Source of the DNA: the human T2T-CHM13v2.0 reference genome, Homo sapiens
DNA length: 64,000 bases
Assembly: GCF_009914755.1 (NCBI RefSeq)
Contig: NC_060933.1
Reading direction: 5' to 3' (one strand)
The notes under the pieces were generated by a model, which ran no database searches, was not told where the DNA came from, and saw only the letters and a program-made list of their open reading frames with translations. This document shows positions 48,276 to 60,140 of this stretch, piece by piece. Position 1 is the stretch's first letter. The number at the start of each line of letters is the position of its first letter. Position numbers and translations under genes: made by a program.

Positions 48276-49222
48276 TTACAATTTGGCATGTTTTTGCAGT
48301 GGCTGGTACCAGTTGTTCCTTTCCATGTTTAGTGCTTCCTTCAGGAACTCTTTTAGGGCATGCCTGGTGGTGACAAAATCTCTCAGCATTTGCTTGTCTG
48401 TAAAGGATTTTATTTCTCCTTCACTTATGAAGCTTAGTTTGGCTGGACATGAAATTCTGGGTTGAAAATTCTTTTCTTTAAGAATGTTGAATATTGGCCC
48501 CCACTCTCTTCTGGCTTGTACAGTTTCTGCCAGGAGATCCGCTCTTAGTCTGATGGGCTTCCCTTTGTGGGTAACCCGACCTTTCTCTCTGGCTGCCCTT
48601 AACACTTTTTCCTTCATTTCTACTTTGGTGAATCTGACAATTATGTGTTTTGGAGTTGCTCTTCTCGAGGAGTATCTTTGTGGCATTCTCTGTATTTCCT
48701 GAATCTGAATGTTGGCCTACCTTGCTAGATTGGGGAAGTTCTCCTGGATAATATCCTCCAGAGTGTTTTCCAACTTGGTTCCATTCTCCCCGTCACTTTC
48801 AGGTACACCAATCAGATGTAGATTTGGTCTTTTCACATAGTCCCATATTTCTTGGAGGCTTTGTTCATTTCTTTTTATTCTTTTTTCTCTAAACTTCTCT
48901 TCTTCATTTCATTCACTTGATCTTCCATCACTGATACCCTTTCTTCCAGTTGATCGAATTGGCTACTGAGGCTTGTGCATTCGTCACATAGTTCTCATGC
49001 CTTGGTTTTCAGCTCCATCAGGTCCTTTAAGGACTTCTCTGCATTGGTTATTCTAGCTAGCCATTCATCTAATTTTTTTTCAAAGTTTTTAACTTCTTTG
49101 CCATGGGTTCGAACTTCCTCCTTTAGCTCGGATTAGTTTGATCGTCTGAAGCCTTCTTCTCTCAACTCGTCAAAGTTATTCTCCATCCAGCTTTGTTCCA
49201 TTGCTGGTGAGGAGCTACGTTC
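48276..49222 (-). pseudogene. L1 ORF1p pseudogene lacking codons 1-22
   Basis: Begins at the splice junction (ERSSSPAMEQSWMEN...) and ends ...QKHAKL, with internal lesions. Confidence 0.92.
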
Positions 49223-51215
49223 CTCAGTTGGAAATGCAGAAATCACCCGTCTTCTGCATCACTCATGCTGGGAGCTGTAGACTGGAGCTGTTCCTATTCG
49301 GCCGTCTTGGCTCCCAGACCTGTCTTCTTTCTCTCCCCACTAACAGGATAGGACCTGATTCAATGAACTTCATTTCAAAGCTAGTGGAAAAACCTGGTTT
49401 TTCATAGATTTACATAGAAGAGCTCAAACTTGATATGTCTTGATGACTAGTGAAGAAATTTTTATTTAATTTTTAAGTATTCCAATAAAATATTTTAAAT
49501 ATTATATTAAGAAATAGTAAATAATATAATCATATTTAAATGTGTATGAACACATGTGGTCATACTGTCGACCAGGATTTCTTCTGGGGAAGCATAAACA
49601 GTCATCATTTAAGCTACTATTTAAATTATTTTAAGATTAACTTCCAAACAGAACAACATTAAAAAGCCTAATTCTCACCTGCATAACGTTGCTCTGGAAA
49701 TCACTGTCTCCATTTAAGAAGTGCTTCTATTTAGCAAGAATTTTTTAAAAAGTGCCAATGTTTAATTCTCTAGACACGAACCATCAAATGTATATGTATG
49801 TCCCAAATAAGGTGGCAACTTCACCGAAGCCAGTTTTTTAGCTTGTATATGGTTTACAATAGAATGCTAATTCTCTTGACATTAATGCATGTTTATTTAT
49901 ATGCAACCAAAAATGATTGAAAATAAAAAGTGTCGAGTAATAAATTATGTGAAATAGACATATTGAAAAAGTGAAATGATATAAAACTGCATATAAAAAA
50001 TAATCACAGCATTTTTTCTAAATGGATGCCTGATTGGTTTTATACTCTCCCTGAAGATTTTCCTTCAGCCTCGAAGGATAAATTACACAAAAAGGCCAAG
50101 TTTACATTAATCTGCAAGCTGACATTTTTATAATAAAAAGAGAAAAATGTTTAAGTAGTACTAAGTGTTGGTCAGAGTGTCAAAAAGCAGCAGACTAGAA
50201 AAGGAGGGTTGAAGTTCCATCTTCTTTAATTTGTGCAGGCAGAAACCAGGAAATTTAAAACTAAAAACTATATTCTGCTAGTGAACATTGCTTATAAATA
50301 ATAATAATAATAGTCAGCCCTTCAGAACAAATTTAGTCTGTCTTAAAGTCATCTACATTTAGTTGATGAATTAGCTGCATGATTTATTAATAACCCCTAT
50401 GGATAAACTTGGGCCAGGGATTCAGAAATTTGGGGAAGGGCATTAACTTGTGTGTAGGTCTAGCTCTTTGTAGACACCGGTTATGTTTTAATGGCTGGAA
50501 GAATCATTGCCAAAATCATCGAGAGTACAAAAATGCACATCTAATGGCTCAACATCTAATGGCCCCACTTATGACCATGAGTTCTAGCTATCAAAGAAAA
50601 TACAAGCAATCAGGAAAGATTTAACCACCTCACCTGTGATCTATCTGTCCCTGTATCTCTATTGCCTGACAGCTGTCCTGTGAGTAAGTGTAAACTGTAC
50701 ACATACCTAACTAACGTCAACCCATCCCATCTCCTTTCAGCGGCTCAAGGACATGACTCCAGCAATTGCCTCTTCTCTCCTGCATCTTGATTCTATCCTT
50801 TCTGTGAGATCATCTGCATAAATTCAAAACATCCTGTCATATCTGCATCTTTCAAAAATCCCCTTTTGGCCCCACATTCCTCCCAAGGTTCTGCCCATTT
50901 TTCTATTCTTCTGTATAACAAAACTTCTCAGAAGAGTTACCTGTGTTCAGTGTCTTTACATACTCATCTCCTATTGTCTCTTGAGCCCTTCCCTTTGGGA
51001 CTTTGTGTCCATCTCTCCCAAACAGCTCTTGTCAAGACAGTTCAAGGCCTCTTTGCTGCCAAATCCAAAGGAAAGTTCTTAGGCCTGTTTGCATCAGTCT
51101 CCTGAGCGCTGTACACCTGGTCTCTCCCTCCTACAAGGTGCCCTCTTTTTCCTTGGTTTCTAAGGCCCTGTTCTCAGAGGTTCCCATCTGTCAGGCTGGC
51201 CCCTCCTTCTAATGC

Positions 51216-51293
51216 TCCTTTGCTGGTCTCTCCTCACCTCCCCAGCCTGCAAGTTCCTTTGCTGGTCTCTCCTCGCCTCCCCAGCCTGCAAGT
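51216..51293. repeat. 39-bp tandem duplication, one mismatch
   Basis: TCCTTTGCTGGTCTCTCCTC(A/G)CCTCCCCAGCCTGCAAGT repeated twice. Confidence 0.95.
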
Positions 51294-51804
51294 TTGGGAT
51301 TTTCTATGACTCACTCCTGAGACCTCTTCTCTGTCTAGAATCTCTCCCCTGTCATGACTGCTGAGTACTCCCACATGTAACGTTCTACCCTAGGCCCCAT
51401 CCCTGAATTCCAGTCTGGGAGACACATTGCCTGCTTGACATCTCCACTTGGATATCCAATCAGTATCTCAAATGCAAGAAAACTGAACGTCTGATGTCTC
51501 TCCCCAAACCTGCCTCCCCACTGTCTTCCCCCTTCTCAGTGTGTGGCAACTCCACCCAGTTTTTTAGGCCCAAAACTTTGGAATCATCCCTGATTCTATT
51601 CTTTTTCTCATATCTCCATCATCCAGTCCTGTTAACCATATCTTCAAAATAGTTTCAGGCTCCAGTCACTTCTCACATATTCATCACTACCATCCTGAAC
51701 TATTGCCAAGCATCAGTGGGTCTCCCTACTTCCACCCTTTCATCTTCCAGTGTTATCCTTAGAAACCATAAGTCAAATGATAAACTCATTTGTGTGGAAT
51801 TCTC

Positions 51805-52090
51805 CAATGGCTGGTATCTCAGAAGCAGACCTGAGGTGGGTTTCTTGGTCAAATGATGAAGGGGAGACCACCAAGGAAGCAGAGCAGGGCAGGGAAGTAC
51901 CAGAAGCCAAGAAGCAGGATTGAGTTCAGGCGCAGTATTTCCTGCTTCCCACTCAGCCTGATCCCTCAAGGGAGAGCTGGGGTATAAATTTACCTGTGAG
52001 TTTTTTCCCTACAAAGCATGAGACCCAGACATTCATATTCCCCCACCAGTTTATTATTTGTTTTAGACCACTATTTTGCTGTTCCCCGAA
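51805..52090 (-). mobile_element. ERVL-class LTR fragment (LTR16-like)
   Basis: CTCAGAAGCAGACCTGAGGTGGG...GAAGCAGAGCAGGGCAGGGAAG. Confidence 0.55.
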
Positions 52091-53399
52091 GAAGTCAACC
52101 AGCTCCTCTATTTCGCCTTCCCTCTGCTTGAATGTTCATCCATCCATCACTGTGGTCTTCTCGCTCACTCCTTCTGGGCTCTGCTCTGACATAATCTATC
52201 AGAGGCTTCCCCTGGCCACCCTATTCAAAGGAGCAACCCCACTCCTGACTCTGGCTCTCTTTATGCCCTTTAACTCGTTTGTATTTTTTTTTATCACTCA
52301 TGGCATACGTATATATCAAGTTGACCTCCCCCACTAGAATGTAAACTCTGTGAGGGCAGAAGCTCTGCTTCACTCGCTTTAATACTGCAGAGCCTAGCAC
52401 CTAGCAGGCCCTCCATAAATATTTGTTGGAAAGACAAATGAAAACATCATACAGCATCAGGGAAAGATTAATCTTTTGGAAAACCTTTCCCTTAGGATGG
52501 AAAGGAAGATTTAACTGCTTTGTTTAGATCAGATTCTCTGCCTAAAATATAGGAAGCAACTTTCCACCAAAGTCTTTAAAAAGAAACAGTCAGTGCCCAC
52601 ACAGCTGTGAATTTTTAGCTCACTCTGCAGGTTGGTGGATACTGCCCCTTACCCCTTTGTGGTTGAGGGTGAGAGCCTCTTTCAGTTATTGTACAAATAT
52701 TAATAGTTCTTGTGACTAGAGATCCTGCCACCATAGGAAACAGAGAAAAGGGAATCAGAACTCCTATGAACAAAGTGTGTTGGACACCAAGGATGAGCTG
52801 CCTCCAGGTCTGACATATCCCTCTCTTTCTCTCTCTCTTGAAAACCCCAAGATTCTGAAACCAGTTATTAGGGACTGAAACCAGAGTGAAGTTTCTCAGG
52901 AAACTAGACTCCTTCCCACTCCTGTTAGCTGTGACTCTCCTCAGAGTCTTTCATGTAGACATTTCCAAATGCTTTTAAAAAGCTAGTAGAAAAAAAGAAT
53001 TTTATTACTTTACAAATAACTAAGAAAATAATTAACATCAATCAGTTATCTTTGACAGTCTAAGGGAGGTGAAGAAAAGTACAGGTCCACAAAGCAAGGC
53101 TCGCCCTTCTGCAGGGATGTGGAGGCCTCCAGCTGCAGGCTTGTCTGTGCACCAAATCCAAACAGAGATGATAAGAAGTGCATTCGCATAGCGCTAGGGT
53201 GGGAGTATCTTCATTATGCTTTCATATTTCGTATAGTTAAATATTAACTAAGTATTCTCACATACAGTGTCCTCTATAAATTAGCTCCTGTCTTCCTCAA
53301 AATCTCAGATTCTCTAAAATGACATGCTTAAATAAAAGAAGTGGCATAATAGAGAAAATTGGGATGATTAATTACCATCCCAGAACTAAAGCATGACAT

Positions 53400-53434
53400 T
53401 GCCATTCTTCTGATATCTGCCATTCTTCTGATAT
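53400..53434. repeat. 18-bp tandem duplication
   Basis: TGCCATTCTTCTGATAT(C) repeated twice. Confidence 0.92.
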
Positions 53435-53676
53435 TTTTGTGATATCATTAAAAAGAGAGAGTTGGCAGCTGTCTTTACCCTGCACATGATGTCCCTCTGG
53501 ACAGACCACGATACCTGTCTGATGTACCTCCATCCTTTGGGCTTGAGCCTATTCCGGTAGGATGACTATAGGAAAAAGTCCTGGTCCTTTTATAGACTGA
53601 AGGGGGTGCTAAGAAAATGCATGTCTTGTGAGGAAAAGAGAGGGCGGAGGAGCAAGCCTATTCCTGGGAAAAAGGA

Positions 53677-54202
53677 TGTATTAGTTTCTGGGCACAGCAT
53701 AACAAAGTATCACAAACTGGGTGACTTAAAAAATAGAAATGTATTATCTGGTAGTTCTGGAGGCTAGATGGCCAAGATGAAGTTGTCAGCAGGGTTGGTG
53801 TCTCATGAGAACGTTAGAAAGAATCCGTTCTGTGCCTCTCTCCTGGATTGTGGCGACTTGCTGAAAATCTTTGGCACTGATGGGCTTGCGGCAGCAAAAC
53901 TCCACTCTTTCCTTGGCATTCTCCTTGTGTCTCTGTTTCTTGTGTAAAATTCCCTTTTTACTAGGAATATTCATATTGGATCATGGCCCAACATAATGGC
54001 CTCATCTTAACTGATCACCTACATATTGGATCATAGCCCAACCTAATGGCCTCATAGGATCATATTGGATCATGGCCCAACCTAATGACTTCATCTTAGC
54101 TGATCATCTACAAAGACCCTATTTGCAAATAAAGTCACACTCACAGGTACTGAGGGTTATAGTTTCAATATCTTTTGAAGAGACACAATTCAACTTATAA
54201 CA
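53677..54202 (-). mobile_element. MLT1B/C solo LTR with an internal triplication
   Basis: TGTATTAGTTTC...CAACTTATAACA termini and TSD AAGGA (53672-53676 and 54203-54207). Confidence 0.9.
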
Positions 54203-54909
54203 AAGGAGGATGTCATACTCCTTGGAAAGGAGTGGAAATTAGACCTGAGAACCTCCCTCACCCTGCTCCCCTGTTCTCCTAATCCTCTAATCACATTTTC
54301 ATCCAGGTATCTATACAATAATGGGGGATGGAATGGGGTAGGAGATGCATTTCATTTAAAGACTTCTTTAGGAGGCTCTGCAATTAGATTGAGGTCCTAG
54401 CTCACTCTGGATGAAATGCAAATGACTGATAAACATAAGATACTCAACCTCACAGGTAATCTGGGAAAAGAATTAAAATGGTAAGATACACAAAAGGATT
54501 TTAAATAGGGGAGTGAGCTGGCCTAAATGCTTTCTAAAGAAAAGCACCATTATGTCAAAATTTCAATACTGAATATAGGCAGGTATCAAGATGTAAACAA
54601 TTCAAATTTAAGATAGTTGACGCTCCAGAACACTGAGACCCCGACAATCCTAATTGGAATAACATACCTAATTGAGACTAACCCGAAAACATCCCAATTC
54701 CACTGATTTCCAGGGGCAGCTTGGTTGGAGTCAGAGTAAGTGGATTTTTAGAATTAAGCACTTTGAAAAGAGATTAGGTTTAAATTCAAACTACTTTAAA
54801 CAATTATTTCTGAAATGACTGGACTCACTTGTTTTACACTAATGAGGAGTTATAGTCTGTAAACACCCAGCAGGCTAGCCACCCAGTCTGGCCAGGAGAG
54901 GTTTTCAGC

Positions 54910-55175
54910 TGGAGGTGTGCAGTGTAGTCTAGAGTCTAGTACTTGGCCTATGAAGAAAAACAGATCTCAATCCTTATCTGAGTGCTACCGTTTACTAGCA
55001 CTGAGCGTTGGCCAGGTTATCTCACCTTCCTGGTCCTGTGTCCTCATCTGTAAAACAAGACTGACGGATGTACAGCTTCTAGAGTCCTGGTGAGGATAAA
55101 ATGAGATGAATGTTGAGCTGTAAAGCACTAGGACCTTGCCCAGCATATTGTGAGGGCTCGATAAACAGTGAGCAT
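54910..55175 (+). mobile_element. MIR SINE
   Basis: TCCTCATCTGTAAAAC...GTGAGGATAAAATGAGATGA...GTAAAGCACT. Confidence 0.8.
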
Positions 55176-56223
55176 CGGTAGAAAGAGCCCAGGAGAGCAG
55201 CTCCTTCAGCTTCTTCAGCTCCATGCGAGGAAAACTGTGTGATGTATTAAGTTCTATATTGGCACATCCTTTACACTACCTTATGTGCCACTAATGAAAG
55301 AACATGCTTTTTTTTTTCAAATGCCAAAAAAATCCCACAAAGGAAATAACTGAAAATCACGTACTCACACCACCATCACTATCCCCGCCCTCCAAAAAAA
55401 GATAACGGCTTTTCATTTATAACCACTGGGCATCTTAATCCAAAAAGAATCCTTATCATGTACAGATGGATGTCATTTGAACAAAGCTTATTACAAATCA
55501 ATACCACAGTGCATCTTTCCTAGTTGTCCCAAATTTCAAAGGGCTCGATTACCCTGCTGTGTATTTCTTCTTCCAGTTCAAAGCTTACAAGAAGCTGACA
55601 AGAGAAACTGGCCCATATAGTTCAACTGACTTTAGTGAGAAACAGCATGTTCTCTGGGTAAATATAAAAATGAGACTCAGACCTCCCAAGGCCCAGGATT
55701 TCCATGCTAGTTGACCTGTCAGAAAATACATACCAAAATAAATAGGCAAATCTGGATTTAAAATATATATATACAACACTTCACAACATCCATAGGGAAT
55801 GAAGGTATCCAAAATTAAAGTGGTGCAAAGGCCAAAACATTTTAAATAAATTGTTAAGAAGCAGACATCAAAGTTTCACATTATATGCATTTAAAGCCAG
55901 TATGCCATCTCTTTTTTATGTCTTGTATCTGTTCTGATTCTTCAGTTTAGCTCCAAATGTAACAACTACTTTCTGACTCCTACCAGCTCATTTATTTTCA
56001 ACAGAAGGTTATCAAAAAGTCAAAATTCTTTATAGAGCTAATTTGGTTTACATTATAATACAACACATTTCTCTACCTTGAAAAATGGGTCGGCTTACCA
56101 TCTCAGTATTAGGAATATGCATTTTGAGGTAGCATTGGATTGGCTGAATTATTGGAAGGGCTTTGTTTTCCAAAGGCTCATCAAGTTAGGAGTTGCCTTT
56201 TGACTAAGCAGTTAATCAATACT

Positions 56224-56265
56224 ATTACACTGGTGCAAAAGTAATTGCAGATTTTGCCAATCAAA
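56224..56265. mobile_element. MADE1 half-element
   Basis: TGGTGCAAAAGTAATTGCAGATTTTGCCA. Confidence 0.8.
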
Positions 56266-56356
56266 GTAGTAATAATATGTTCTGGGCACCCTGGGTGATG
56301 CAAAGATGATAAGACACAATCCATTCCCTTGGGGAACCAACAACATAAATGGATGG

Positions 56357-56767
56357 TGATATAGTTTGGATGTTTGTCCCTGCCCAAATCTCATGTTGAA
56401 TTGTAATCCCCAGTGCTGGAGTTGGGGCCTAGTGGGATGTGGTGGGGTCATGGTGGGAATCCCTCATGGCTTGGTGCTGTCTTCAAGAGAGTAGGTTCTC
56501 TTGAGATCTGTTTGTTTAAAAGTGTATGGCACCTCCCCTCCTCCTCTCTCTCTTGCTTGCTACTGCTTTCACCATATGATGTGCCTGTTCCCCCTTTGCC
56601 TTCTGCCATGGTTGAAAGCTCCCTGAAGCTTCATCAGAAGCTGAGCAGATGCCAGCATCATGCTTCCTATAAAGCCTTTAGAACTATGAGCCAATTAGGC
56701 CTCTTTTCTTTATAAACTACCCAGTCTCAGGTATTTCTTTATAGCAATGCAAGAACAGACCAATATA
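56357..56767 (+). mobile_element. MST (MSTA/B) solo LTR
   Basis: TGATATAGTTTGGATGTTTGTCCC...CCCAGTCTCAGGTATTTCTTTATAGCAATGCAAGAAC. Confidence 0.92.
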
Positions 56768-57294
56768 GATTTTCAGAGAATACAAAGCCAAAAGGCATTG
56801 TATGGTAAGTATTATATACTGCTGTATCAACACACATTCTGTGTTCACAGGAGAGGAAGGTCCTCTGATTGGGTGTTGAGGCAAGCTTCAGAGTTGAAGG
56901 AGGATTAAAGGGTGTTCAAAGTTTAGGGTTGAGGAAGAATGAATGTCCTGAGCAAAGCTGTGGAGATGGATACGACTACGCATGATTGAAAGGAGGAAAC
57001 AGCCTACTTTAGGTTGTTTAGCAGGCGCGGCTGAAGTTCTGCCTCCTGTGCCCTTCCCACCTGAGTTCACCCACACTGGTGAGAGACAGTTTCTTGCACA
57101 CAGTCTGCTTCCCGTATTAAGCTCCTTTTCTCTCTGTTTCTCTGCCTGAGCAAAGGGAGGGCGCTCAGCAGCAGTAGGCAGCATGTTCTTTATAAAAGTA
57201 TAAAAATGTGTGCTTGCAGGGGAAAGGATTAACACTCCTAGAAGGAGCCTCAACCCATAACCCATGGGAGATGGGAGTTGTGCATTAAATGCCC

Positions 57295-57496
57295 CAGCCA
57301 TGAAGCTTGCTCCTTGCTTTCCCAGGTGATTCCAGTGGGATGGAGGGAGCCCCAGGTGCTCACATTAGTAAACCACTCTTCATTCAGCCTTCATTGACTT
57401 CTCTCCCTTCTTTCCTTTTCTCATTTGTGATTCATAAACTACCTAACCCAAGTCCTTGTTTCAGGGTCTATTTTGAGGGATACTAAAAGAAAGTCA
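57295..57496 (+). mobile_element. LTR16-like 3' portion
   Basis: ATAAACTACCTAACCCAAGTCCTTGTTTCAGGGTCTATTTTGAGGG. Confidence 0.6.
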
Positions 57497-58699
57497 GGTT
57501 GGAAGAAGAATGGCATCCATGATCTGTCCGTGCAGACATCTCCAGGAATATCTCCTTCTTTGCAGTATCAAGTCAGCAGTTAGTCATAATCAGCTTGTGC
57601 TATTGCCATAACCAACTACTCCTTGTACATTAGTTCCCCAATTGTGCATGCTGGTTTGTACCCTGGGTCTTGTGTTTGGCTTGTGCTCTGCCCACTGGGA
57701 GAAATAATCCCTGTGCCCACTCCACCCCCAGTCTCCTACACAAGTACTATTATCCCTCAAGATTCCGTCCAGACATGACCTCCACTGTAAAAGTCCTCCT
57801 CTGCTCCACTTTGCCAGCCCCTTGGAGGGATGGATGTGCCAGGCTTCTGTCATAGTATGGATCACATAATTTGGAAACAGCTAGCCTAGCTGTCTGTCTC
57901 TGTGACTTAACTGTGAACTCCTTAAGGGCAAGCAGGGACTTCTTCCTGCTTTTCTCTGCATTCCCAGCAATGACCCATGGACCTGATAAATAAACAAATG
58001 TGCAATATTTGTTTTTTTAGAATAGCAGTGTCCTGGGGAGGTACCCACCTTGTGGATTCCTTGTTTTATAGTTTCCTAGTGGGAATTCAAGCAACTAGAT
58101 TTTATTATCAGAGGTCTCCATTTGCCCTTATTTTCAGCCTAAACTTTTCAAGATTGGGAAGTACAGAATCTGGTTAACATTTTGAAAATAAGCAAAATGT
58201 ATTAATCTACTGAGGCTCAGCTTAATATTTGGCCTTGCCACTCCACTATAGCAGAAATGCAAGAAAAGCCTACTTGTGTATTTTCACCCCCATTGTGACA
58301 GCGGATCATCTGGAGACTATATTTTCCTTCTTACAACATATTTTGTCAGGATAGCCTCGTTCTCAAAATTTCCAGCTGCTTTCGTCCGTATTTTAATGCC
58401 ATTCATTTTTCTCATCTCATCAGTTTAATTCTTGTAGATTTTTCCTCGTGTTGCCTGATCTCTGGAGTCAGAGCTTTTATTTGATTTCAGTTCCTGAATT
58501 TTCTACTTGCTGCCTAAGTAAACTAAAAACTCCCACAAAGGATGAGGCCTTGGTTGATAAATTTCAAAATCTATCTGATAGCCTTCAGTTGGCTTAAGTT
58601 AGATCTGTTCCCTTGTTTTTGCTAACTTGTCCTGGTTTCCCATCTTTATTTTGGAATTTTACCTTCCCTCCCCCTTTTTCTCTCTTTTCTTCCTCCCCT

Positions 58700-59230
58700 T
58701 ATATGTAGGAGTTCCAGCATTCTGTTTTTGGCCTCTGCTTGTTTCTGTACTGTCTCTGCAGCTACCACATCCATTCAGTGCTCTCACTGCCCGTGCTCAA
58801 CAGATGAGTCCCTTCTTTATCTTTGGCCCTAGGCTTTCTGACAAATTTGGGTTATGTCATACCAGTTTCCTGTTCGGTGTCTCCATTTTGTGTTCAACTG
58901 ATGGCACAAACTCATATTAAGATCTAGATTCATCTGCTTTTTATTTTTTCAGTTTTCTACTTGCTCTAGACTTCCTGGTCACTACCATCTTACCCATTTA
59001 TGTCTACCTCCCCCTGCTTCCCCCATAATCAGTCAGACACAAAGTCATAACTATTCCACCTCTGAAAGATCTACTGCACTCTAGAAGCTGCTCTATCCTC
59101 ACTGCAACTGTCATTTTTAAAGGCCCTTCTTAGCCTTACTTGGTACCATTGTACTAGCTTCCTACCTGGTCTTTCCATTTGGATCTCTCCTCTTCAATCC
59201 ACTCTGTTCATACCACTAGGAGAATTAGTT
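58700..59230 (+). mobile_element. Degenerate L2 fragment
   Basis: Pyrimidine-rich L2-like motifs (AGCTTCCTACCTGGTCTTTCC...TTCAATCCACTCT). Confidence 0.5.
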
Positions 59231-59310
59231 AATGCCACTCAGAATTATGTGTCAGGGAGAACCCTTGAATCCAGGCCCAGAAACCTTAACACTAACCAAC
59301 TGGGTAATAA

Positions 59311-59653
<343 letters not shown>

Positions 59654-59664
59654 TAGCTCTATAG

Positions 59665-60140
59665 TTTTTTAACACCTTTATTAGAATATAATTTACATAC
59701 TTCATAAAGTTCACCTCTTTTAAGTATACAATTCAATATTTTTTACTATATTCATAGAATTGCACAACCATCATAATAATCTAATTTTAGGACGTTTTCA
59801 TCTTCCCAAAAAGTGACCTAATAGGAGTCCCTCTTCATTTCCCCCAACCTCGCCCTCTAACCCTAGGCAACCACTAATCTGCTTTCTGCCTCTACAGATT
59901 TGCCTCATTTTGACATTTCATATTAATGGGATAATACAATATGTAACCTTTTATGTCTGGCTTCTTTCACTTAGCTTAATGTTTTCAAGGTTTATCCATG
60001 TAGTAGCATGTATCAGCACTTCATTTTAATAACTGAATAATATTCACCTTATGGATATCCACATTTTTTAATCCATTCCTCAGTTAATGGGCATTTGTCT
60101 TGTTCCCACCCTTTGACTATTGTAAATAATGCTGCTTTGA
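59665..60140 (-). mobile_element. L1MB 3' end
   Basis: TTTAAGTATACAATTCAAT...TAGGCAACCACTAATCTGCTTTCTG...CTATTGTAAATAATGCTGCT. Confidence 0.9.

Larger units (their letters stand above)
50630..52440 (+). mobile_element. Long L2 fragment through its 3' end, interrupted at about 51800-52090
   Basis: CAAACAGCTCTTGTCAAG, TGCCAAATCCAAAGG, CCTGCTTGACATCTCCACTTGGATATCC and the CCATAAATATTTGTTG tail. Confidence 0.85.

Noticed and set aside
49222-49223. Random genomic deletion in the L1-B 5' end
   Set aside because: The breakpoints coincide exactly with GT and AG splice signals that are visible in L1-A.
53972-54110. CRISPR-like repeat/spacer array
   Set aside because: Eukaryotic LTR context, only three imperfect copies, and short spacers that are not unique.
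57150-57215. CTCF-like GAGGGCGCT followed by TATA-like TATAAAA as a promoter
   Set aside because: The 5' half of the CTCF motif does not match, there is no CpG island, and TATA-like words are common in this AT-rich window.
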